Assembly (NCBI RefSeq): GCF_004010195.1
Contig: NC_057718.1
Location: 15,097,694 to 15,117,693 of the forward strand
Reading direction: 5' to 3'
DNA: 20,000 nt
Source of the DNA: Chiloscyllium plagiosum
Lineage: Eukaryota
This document shows, piece by piece, positions 1 to 8,040 of the stretch. Under the pieces are notes generated by a model. It saw only the letters and a program-made list of their open reading frames with translations. It searched no databases and had not been told where the DNA came from. Made by a program: the position numbers and the translations under genes. Position 1 is the first letter of the stretch. Each line of letters opens with the position of its first letter.

Positions 1-13
1 GTTTATTTGGAAG

Positions 14-48
14 CACTAGCTTTCGGAGCACTGCTCCTTCATCAGGTA
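14..48 (-). ncRNA. Minimal type I hammerhead ribozyme motif
   Basis: Minus strand reads tac-CTGATGA-A-GGAGC-agt-GCTCC-GAAA-GC-TA-gtg: intact core, perfect stem II, 3-bp stem I (tac/gtg) and palindromic AGCT in place of stem III. Confidence 0.7.
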
Positions 49-54
49 GCTGTC

Positions 55-89
55 CATCTGATGAAGAGGAAGCGCCTTGAAAGCTAGTG
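55..89 (+). ncRNA. Minimal hammerhead ribozyme motif, partly decayed stem II
   Basis: cat-CTGATGA(58-64)-agaggaagcgcctt-GAAA(79-82)-GC-TA-gtg. Confidence 0.55.
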
Positions 90-520
90 CTTCCAAATAA
101 ACCTGTTGGACTATAACCTGGTGTTGTGTGATTTTTAACTTTGTACACCCCAGGCCAACACCAGCACCTCCACATCATGTTAATTATAAAACAGTGTTGC
201 CTCGCTCAGGACTCAGCCATAGAGGAAATATGCTATCCACATCTACGCTGTCAAAACCATTTAGGATCTGATACAGTTCAATGAAGTGATCCTTCAGTCT
301 GCTGGGCTTGAGTGAAAACAAGACCAGCCTGTTCAATTCGATCTTCATTAAGGCAACCCAACCATCCCAGACATCAAACAAGGAATTCTCCTCTGAACTG
401 CCGACAATGCATTTACATCCTTCCATAAATAAGGAGACCAAAACTGCACAGAGTAATCAAGGTGTGATCTCACCAATGTCCTCTATAAAAAGATAATATT
501 GTTCCTATAATGTTTAAGAT

Positions 521-852
521 AGGCGATGACCCAGTGGTATTATCATGAAACTATCTATCCAGAGACCCAGGTAATGTTCTGGGGACCTGGGTTTGCATCC
601 CACTATGGCTGATTATAATATGGAATTTTTAAAAATCTGCAATTAAGAGTCTAACAATGCCATAAAATCATTGCCGATTGTCAGGATTGTTTTATTAATG
701 TCCTTTGGGGAAAGAAATCTGCCAGTGTCATCTGGTCTGGCCTACATGTGACTCCAGACCCACAGCAATTTGGTTGGCTCTTAACTGCCATTTGGGCAAT
801 TAGGGATGGGCAATAAATGCCGGTCCAGCCAGTGACACCCACTTCCATGAAT
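521..852 (+). mobile_element. tRNA-derived SINE (family not assigned)
   Basis: Degenerate A-box (tgacccagtgg) and B-box (gggtttgcatccc) head. Homologous over its length to the reverse complement of 1580-2068 and to 16675-16790. Interrupts the old CR1. Confidence 0.75.
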
Positions 853-1579
853 TATTTTTTTAAAAAGTTCAATTCCTCTTGCAGTGAAAGGTAGCACCCC
901 TTTAGCCTTCTTGGACCTGTCTTCTACCTTTGTGACCAGCACACACAAACCCCTCTGCACATTTGAATTCTGCAGCTGTTCTCCATTTTGAAATACTGTT
1001 TGCTTTATTCTTTCTATCAAAGTGAACAGCTTCACATTTTCTCAAATAACCCTCCATGTCAGATCTTTGCTCGCTCCCTCACTCAACCTACCTATATTCA
1101 TCTGCAACATCCTTAAATCTTCTTCATTATTTATTTCCGACCAACTTTAGAGTCATCTTCAAATTTGGCTAGCCTGCCTTCGCTCCCCACATCCAAGTCA
1201 TTCATGGAAATTGTAAAACATTTGAGGCCCCAGCACAGATCTCCATTCTCCCTTTCGTAAATTCATGCTGACTCTGTCTGATCCTGTCAGTGTTTTCCAA
1301 ATGCTCAGCTATTAAATCTTTTATTATGGACTCTAGCATTTTCCCTGTTACTGATGTCAGGCTAACCAGTCTACAATTACCTGTTTACTCTCTGTTTACC
1401 TCTTTGCTTTTATTGTGGGGTTACAGTAGCAACTCCCCAATCCATAGGAGCTCTTCCATAGGCTAGAGTATCTTGAAAGATTATCTACTATTAACTCCCC
1501 ATTCTCACTCTCTAGAGGACCAACACTCACTTTGCTTGCTCTCATCCGTTTCAAATACCTGTAGAAACATTTATTTTAA

Positions 1580-2068
1580 ATTCATTCATGGGACGTGTGC
1601 ATTGCGTGGTAGGCCAGTTTTTATTGGCTATCCCTAATTGTCCAGAGGGCAGCAGAGAGTCAACCTCTCCAGTCAGGAGAAAGTGAGCACTGCAGATGCT
1701 GGAGATGAGGTCGAGAGTGTGGTGCCTTTCATCAGGACGTGAAGAATATTCATCACGACAAAGGGCTTATGCCGGAAACGTTTATTCTCCTACTCCTCAA
1801 TACTGGCTATGCTTTTCCAGCACCACACACTCGACTCTCCAGTCTGGAGCCACACCTTGGCCAGACTGGGTAAGGTCTGCAGATTTCCTTCCCTAAAGAA
1901 CAGTAGTGAACTCAGATGGGTTTTTATGACAATCAACAGTGTTTTTAATCCAGATTTTTCTTGAGTTCAAACTCCACTAAGTGCATGGTGGTATTCAAAT
2001 CCATGCCCTCAAAGTATTAGCTTGAGGTTCTGAATTACTATTGGAGTGACATTAACACTGTGCCACCA
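1580..2068 (-). mobile_element. tRNA-derived SINE, same family as 521-852, interrupted by a PLE fragment
   Basis: Minus strand begins tggtggcacagtgttaatgtcact. Shares gggcaattagggatgg, ctggtctggcc..gtgactccagac and tttagggaaggaaatctgc-type blocks with 521-852. Confidence 0.75.
1675..1834. mobile_element. Short non-coding PLE-derived inverted pseudo-LTR element with 10-bp TSD
   Basis: 1676-1710 is the reverse complement of the PLE end at 3269-3303, and 1765-1834 matches 3185-3268 in direct orientation. Flanked by ctctccagtc at 1665-1674 and 1835-1844. Carries degenerate hammerhead remnants (tcatcag at ~1729-1735; gggcttatgccggaaacgtt). Confidence 0.75.
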
Positions 2069-2454
2069 ATATTCACTTTGACATTCATAGCTAACTTCCT
2101 TTCAAATTCTAATTTCTTACTCCAGATCAATCTTTCACTCCCTCACCAGTCTGTATACCTAACACTGTTGCCAAATACCTGACTAATGCTGAAAAATGTG
2201 TTGCTGGAAAAGCGCAGCAGGTCAGGTAGGATCCAAGGAGCAGGAGAATTGACGTTTCGGGAGGGGCGGGGTTCAAGGGCGGAGGAGCGGGAAGTGGAGG
2301 AGATGCAGTGGAGAGCATCATCAACCACGTCTGAGGGGAATTTGCAGTCTTAGAAGATGGAGGCCATCTGGGTTGTTCGGTATTGAATTGGTCCTCCTGG
2401 GAGCAGATGCGGCGGAGGCGAAGGAATTGGGAAAACCCGCCACCAGGACAGAAA

Positions 2455-3124
2455 ACCCCCTCCCCTCCAATCACCACCAGGACAGAACCCCACTGGTCCT
2501 TACCTACCACCCCACCAACCTCCATATACATCGTATCATCCGTCATCATTTCCGCCACCTCCAAACGGACCCCTATCATCCTTCGTCATTTCCGCCACCT
2601 CCAAACAGATCCCACCACCAAGGATATATTTCTCTCTCCTCCCTTATCAGCATTCCGGAAAGACCACTCCCTCCGTGACTCCCTCGTCAGGTCCACACCC
2701 CCCACCAACCCAACTTCCACTCCTGTCACCTTCCCCTGCAACCGCAAGAAATGCAAAACTTGCGCCCACACCTCCCCCCTCTCCAAGGTGCCAAGGGATC
2801 CTTCCATATCCGTCACAAATTCACCTGCACCTCCACACACATCATTTACTGCATCCGCTGCACCCGATGTGGCCTCCTCTACATTGGGGAAACAGGCTGT
2901 CTACTTGCGGAACGTTTCAGAGAACACCTCTGGGACACCCGCACCAACCAACCCAACCACTCTGTGGCTGAACACTTTAACTCCCTCTCCCACTCCACCA
3001 AAGACATGCAGGTCCTTGGCCTCCTCCATCACCAGACCATGGCAACATGACGCCTGGAGGAGGAGCGCCTCATTTTCCGCCTAGGAACCCTCCAACCACA
3101 AGGGATGAACTCGGATTTCACCAG
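2455..3124 (+). pseudogene. PLE ORF C-terminus: RT thumb/linker, Cys-rich motif and GIY-YIG endonuclease (frameshifted)
   Basis: Spread over three frames: QDRTPLVLTYHP...FRKDHSLRDSLVRS...FPCNRKKCKTCAH / FTCTSTHIIYCIRCTRCGLLYIGETG..LAERFREH...VAEHFN...RLEEERLIFRLGTLQPQGMNSDF. Confidence 0.88.
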
Positions 3125-3161
3125 NNNNNNNNNNNNNNNNNNNNNNNNNNNNNNNNNNNNN
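3125..3161. other. Assembly gap (37 N)
   Basis: Run of N inside the PLE 3' region. Confidence 1.
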
Positions 3162-3173
3162 CACACCCTCCTC

Positions 3174-3209
3174 ATTCCTGAAGAAGGGCTTATGTCCGAA
3201 ACATCGATT
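3174..3209 (+). ncRNA. Minimal hammerhead ribozyme motif in the PLE 3' pseudo-LTR
   Basis: attc-CTGAAGA(3178-3184)-A-GGGC-ttat-GTCC-GAAA(3198-3201)-CA-TC-gatt. The inverted partial copy at 2251-2261 keeps GAAA-CG-TC. Confidence 0.6.
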
Positions 3210-3617
3210 CTCCTGCTCCTTGGATGCTGCCTGACCTGCTGCGCTTTTCCAGCAACACATTTTTCAGCTCTGATCTCCAGCATCTGCAGTCCTCACTTTC
3301 TCCAAATACCTGACTAATGCCATTTACAAGTTCACTGATAACACTACCATAGTCGGTCGAATCTCAGGTGACAATGAAACAGACTACAGATGGGAGGTGG
3401 AAGATCAGGAAAAATGGAACACTGAGAACAACACTATTTGCCAGCTCTCAACACTGGCAAAACCAAGGAATACAGAGGTGTAATGAGTGGAGTGTGTCAA
3501 GCTCCTGGGAGTGGTCATCCACAACAAGCGTTCTTGGACTCTTCATGAGGACGCACTGGTTACAAAGGCCCAACAACGTCTCTTTTTCCTCAGGCAGCTG
3601 AGGAAATTTGGCATGAC

Positions 3618-3671
3618 TCAGGCTTGAAGGGCCGAACGGCCTGTTCATGGGCTGTAAATTTTCTTTGTTCT
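3618..3671 (+). mobile_element. 54-bp CR1-type 3' tail inserted in the Rex1-like ORF
   Basis: gggccgaacggcctgttcatgggctgtaaattttctttgttct resembles the tail at 5358-5406. Flanked by atgac at 3613-3617 and 3672-3676. Its removal restores KFGMTVNTL. Confidence 0.75.
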
Positions 3672-4584
3672 ATGACAGTGAATACCCTTGCCAACTTTTA
3701 TAAGTGCACCATCGAGAGCATTCCGTCTGAATGTATCATGGCCTGGTATGGCAACTGTAACATTCAAGATTGGAGACGGTTACAGAGAGTGGTGAACTGA
3801 ACTGAACAATCGCAAAGGCCAGACGCCATCTATAGAATCCATCTACCAGGCCCGCTGTCAAGGAAAGGCCGCCAGCAATCTTAAATATCCATCCCACCCT
3901 GGCAATGCTTTTCTACAACCTCTACCATCGGGGAGAAGGTACAGAAGCCTGAACACACGCACTAGCCAGTTTCAAAACAGTTTCTACCCTACTGCTGTTA
4001 GAATACTGAATGGACTCACAAACTCTTAACATTCGCCTGTACCTGTGTTTTTGTTTTTGCTGCTGTTTACCTATTATTTACTTATCTATGCTTCTTAATT
4101 CTGATCTGCCTGTATTGCTTGCAAGACAAAGCTTTTCACTGTGCCTTGGTACACATGACAATAAATTCAATTCAGTCATCCAACCTTCCACTTAACTTTA
4201 TGCAGTTATATAATTTTCCTCAAGTTTGATGCTTTCCCTAACCTATTTCATTAATCACAGATGGTGGGTAATTCCTTCAGATGTTTTCTTCATCAGAAGA
4301 ATGTATGCATGCCGATGATTCTGAAATCTCCCTTTAAAAGGTCTGTTATTGTCTCGATCAATCTGCTAGCCTAGGGAGCCAGTTCCCTTCAGCTAGCTCA
4401 GTTAAAGTACTAGTCTTAGACCTAATCTTCTCCCTATCAAACTGGAGTAACATTCAATTATTTGTGGTTGCTTAACTGAGGTGTACTTTAACTCTAAGGT
4501 CACTGATTAATTCTGCGACTATATACAAGACCAAATCTGACACAACCTGCCCTCTGGTAAACAATCCTCAAAGCATTCGATGAA

Positions 4585-5406
4585 TGTGACAGACAGGAGC
4601 TGGGCTGAGAAATGGCAGATGGAGTTCAACCTGGATAAATGCGAAGTGATGCATTTTGGAAGGTTGAACTTGAATGCTGAATATAGGATTAAAGACAGGA
4701 TTCTTAGCAGTGTGGAGGAACAGAGAGATCTTGGTGTTCAAGTGCATAGATCCCTCAAAGTTGCCACCCAAGTAGATAGGGTTGCTAAGAAAGCAAATGG
4801 TGTTTTGGCTTTCATTACCAGGGGATCGAATTTAAGAGCTGCGAGGTTTTACTGTGAGACCATACTTGGAATATTGTGTCCAGTTCTGGTCGCCCAATTA
4901 TAGGAAAGATACGTAGGCTTTCAAGAGGGTGCAAAGAAGCTTTACCAGGATTCTGCCTGGACTGGAGGGTTTGTCTTGTGAACAGAGGATGACTAAGCTC
5001 GGACTTTTCTCCCTGGAGAGAAGGAGGAAGAGAGGTGACCTGATCGAGGTATACAAGATAATGAGAGGCATGGATAGAGTCGATAGCCAGAGATGATTCC
5101 CTAGGGCAGGATTGACTGGCACAACAGATCATAGTTATAAGATATTAGTAGGAAGTTATATAGAAGATGTCAAAGGTAGGTTCTTTACGCAAAGAGTTGT
5201 GAATGCATGGAATGTGTTGCCACTGGTGGTGGTGGAAACAGAGTCATTAGGGACATTTAAGCGACCGTTGGACATGCACATGGACAGCAGTGAATTGAGG
5301 GGTGCATAGGTTAGGTTATTTTATTTTAGATTAGGAATAATCTTCAGCACAACATCGTGGGCAGAAGGGCCTGTTCTGTGCTGTAATTTTCTATGTTCTA
5401 TGTTCT
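4585..5406 (+). mobile_element. 5'-truncated CR1-clade LINE (ORF2 3' end, 3' UTR and tail)
   Basis: SWAEKWQMEFNLDKCEVMHFG...EQRDLGVQVHRSLK...EYCVQFWSP...RGDLIEVYKIMRG...FFTQRVVNAWNVLP. Tail is (ttctatg)n. atgaa is duplicated at 4580-4584 and 5407-5411. Confidence 0.92.
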
Positions 5407-6269
5407 ATGAAGTCCTTATCCAGGCTACTGCTACCAATCTGATTTTTTCCAATTTTTATGAAGATTAAAGTCACTCGTGATTATGACGAACCCTTCATCA
5501 CGTGCTCACCTGAACCACGGTTATCTTGGACTATTGCATAAAAGCCCTTCACAGTGCTAGCCCTTCACCTTTACCTACCTTCATAACTTTCTTCAAAGTC
5601 ATATATGCCTCAATATTCAGAACCCAATCCACATCATCCTGAAACCACATCCCTGTAATGGCGATCAGATCGTATTGATTGACTTCAATGCACATGATCA
5701 ATTAATTTACAATGAATTACTAAGCTTATTCAAACAGAGTCTTTTTCTTATCTTTGTAACACTTAGTCTTGATTGTTGGTGCATTCCTCGGTTTTGTTTT
5801 CTCTCTCCGCCAGCCTGCCATTCTCTAGCCCTTATTTTCCAGAGCCATTATTTTCCGCTCTTACATTGTCTCCACTCTTTGATGCAGCACATCTTTCCTC
5901 AATTGATCCCTTGCCCCCACTATTTAGTTTAAAGCCCTCTCTACTTTCCTAGTTGATGTGGTTTGGAAGAATCGTGGCCCCAGCACAGGTCCAGTGGAGA
6001 CTGCTCCAAAGGACCGGCCTCCAATTTTCCCAATTCTGCTGCTATTGGCCCATGAACCAGAACCCACTTCTTCCACATCAGTCTTAGAGCCATGCATTCA
6101 TTGCGCTAATGTATTTTATGCCAATGTGCATGCAGATCAGGCAACAATTACAATCTTTGAGGTTCTTTTTAATTTCATGCCTCGCCCCTTATACTCCTTC
6201 AATGAAAACCTGTTCTTAGTTGTACCCATGTTATTGGTATCCACATGGACCACAACTTAAGAGTTGTTG

Positions 6270-6696
6270 CAGCCTCTCCAACCTATCCATGTAAGTGAAG
6301 CCTCTCTACCTTGGAACTATTTACACAAATCCTTCCTGCTTGCTCACAGGTGTTTTCACCTTCTTTCTATAATGTAGAGCCCAAATTGGAACAAGCTCCA
6401 GTTGAAACTAGTACCATAAAGGTTCACCATAATTATCTCCTTACCTTTTTACTCTGTACCTCCATTTATCAAGCCCAAGACCACATGTGTCTTTGTGAAC
6501 CAGTTGCACACTTGTCCTGCTGTCTCCTTCAACTACTTATGTGCATAAACCTCCAGGGCTCTCTTCTCCTGCCACGTCTATAAAATTGCATCTTTTATTT
6601 GATATTGCCTTCCCTCACGCTGCCGACTAAAATCTCTCACCTCACACCTCTTGGGATTCCATTTCATCAGCTATGTGTCCAGCAATTCTCTGACCA
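6270..6696 (-). mobile_element. Old CR1 ORF2 3' fragment
   Basis: Minus strand WNPKRCEVRDFSRQREGRQYQIKDAIL resembles the CR1 KFNxxKCEVxHFG block. Heavily decayed. Confidence 0.6.
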
Positions 6697-7199
6697 AGTG
6701 CAACATTTTGGGGGTGTGCAAATGATTGCTAATTCATGATACTACGCAAGTAAAAACAAGCTCTCAGCAGTGAGAATGTAAAGTCCCAATCCACTGTTAT
6801 ACATCCACATATATTGACCAACATATAGATTTCCACGTATTTACAGTAATCATGCACAAAATTTCATATTCCATTCCTCACCCTGTTTTCAAACCCGCCA
6901 ACCATCAAATAATATCAAAGGCGGCAACTTAATCTAGCCACTTTATTGATTGTGTAGACGGTGCATAAAAACATTCAATAACTGTTGTAGGAACACAGTA
7001 TTATGTCATGTGAGCCATGTGAATTTCTACCAATAGATTTTTCGGGGAAAGTGCATGATCTCATAGTTCCACAATCAGTATTATACCTTTCAACCTAAAA
7101 TAAATGTCTGACTATAAAATATTAATAGAAATAAAATCTATTCATAATAATGCACAATATTAATTTTCACAAGTGAATGATGCAAGGTGAAGACGTACT

Positions 7200-7290
7200 G
7201 CCTTGCCAATGTCACTACATTGTCTATGTCCTCCTGAAGTCCATTACCACAGCTCACAAGGTGTCCAAGTTTTGTATCGTTTGCAAATTT
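7200..7290 (-). mobile_element. Very old CR1 RT fragment
   Basis: Minus strand KFANDTKLGHLVSCGNGLQEDIDNVV (KFADDTKLG...LQxDID motif). Confidence 0.65.
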
Positions 7291-8040
7291 TTATTTGGTT
7301 TGCATTGCCCGCTATTCTTAACACAACTACTTTTTTTAAATACACAGGAAGAGAAAGCAAGATGGAAAAACACTCCTTTAAAACGGGGTTTGATACAAAT
7401 CAAGAAAATACTTTGAGTCATACAGCTTGATTCCAATTGTAAATTTACAGAATGGTGGTTCTATCTCTGCAAGATACTTTCTTGCAACTACACAAAATTA
7501 AGAATTTACCATAAGTATTAACATAAGTATTCTAAACGTTCTTTCACCATTTATTATTTGTATAAATAGACCTCTGCCTAAAGACTGAGCACTTTTGCAG
7601 TGAAAGCATAAAAAAAGTCCTTACATAATAGGCGCAAGGGCTTTGTGTAAGGTCGACATGTTATTTGGAAATAAAAACCAAAACAAAACGAAGTTTGGAT
7701 TGCAAGTTTTTTTTCACAACTCAAAGAAGCTGGATTTTTTTAGAAATATATTTTTAAAGAAAAAATAGATTTTTTAATATTACAAGTACAAAACAATACA
7801 ATTCAAAACAGTACAAAAAAAAACCAAGTTTAAAAAACCCAACTCACCCTCATGAACAAATATATAAACATATATTGAAAAATATAGAATAAACAAACTC
7901 AAACTGGCTATTTAACTAATAAATAAATAACCAACAACAAACTAATAAATAGTAATAACTCAGCCCAGTCAAACAAAATGCTCATATGTTTACAGCTTCT
8001 ACTCCCTGGATATTGGACTCGTAAAACACAATCACTACAG

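Larger units (their letters stand above)
1..178. mobile_element. Penelope-like element (PLE)-derived inverted pseudo-LTR pair, cut by the window start
   Basis: 1-24 (gtttatttggaagcactagctttc) is the exact reverse complement of 79-102. The imperfect inverted repeat continues inward to about 48/55. Each arm carries a CTGATGA...GAAA hammerhead core, and the right arm runs on to ...cacctccacatcat (~178). Confidence 0.75.
2188..3303 (+). mobile_element. 5'-truncated Penelope-like retroelement (Neptune-like) with inverted partial pseudo-LTR and long TSD
   Basis: Contains GIY-YIG coding remnants. 2188-2260 is the reverse complement of 3196-3268. The direct repeat ccaaatacctgactaatgc lies at 2171-2189 and 3302-3320. 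Confidence 0.88.
2152..4172 (+). mobile_element. 5'-truncated Rex1/Babar-like LINE, interrupted by a PLE and a CR1 tail
   Basis: Removing the inserts gives AKYLTNAIYKFTDNTTIVGRISGDNETDYRWEV (decayed FADD motif), LRKFGMTVNTLANFYKCTIESI..CIMAWYGNC and HPGNAFLQPLPSGRRYRSLNTRTSQFQNSFYPTAVRILN. Ends in aataaattcaattca. Candidate 5-bp TSD cagtc at 2147-2151 and 4173-4177. Confidence 0.8.
185..6257 (-). mobile_element. Ancient fragmented CR1-clade LINE (ORF1 esterase, APE endonuclease, RT) hosting nested insertions
   Basis: Collinear degenerate motifs on the minus strand: VVVHVDTNNMG (~6225-6257, ORF1 SGNH block), endonuclease pieces around 5650-5740, VIITSDFNLH (~5460-5487), SLDKDFIECFEDC (across the 4580/5411 junction), TRGQVVSDLVL (~4525-4557), KKLEFERKLAMNVK (~2075-2120), GNCRLVSLTSVTGKMLESIIKD...QSQHEFTKG (~1250-1382), KFEDDSKVG (~1138-1165), LNRLVLFSL...FIELYQILNGFDSVD (~235-340). 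Many stops, frameshifts and deletions. Confidence 0.8.

Noticed and set aside
2440..2613. Short direct repeats as a CRISPR-like array
   Set aside because: Only two-copy duplications of PLE coding sequence, with no spacers and no cas genes, in a eukaryotic context.
2383..3084. 233-aa Pro/Thr/Ser-rich ORF as a novel protein
   Set aside because: It is a frame-shifted reading of the C-rich PLE ORF across rearrangement junctions; only part of it is in the true frame.
6882..6981. Possible minus-strand exon (cag acceptor, gtgagg donor)
   Set aside because: Stops in all three frames and no recognisable protein; unsupported without transcript data.
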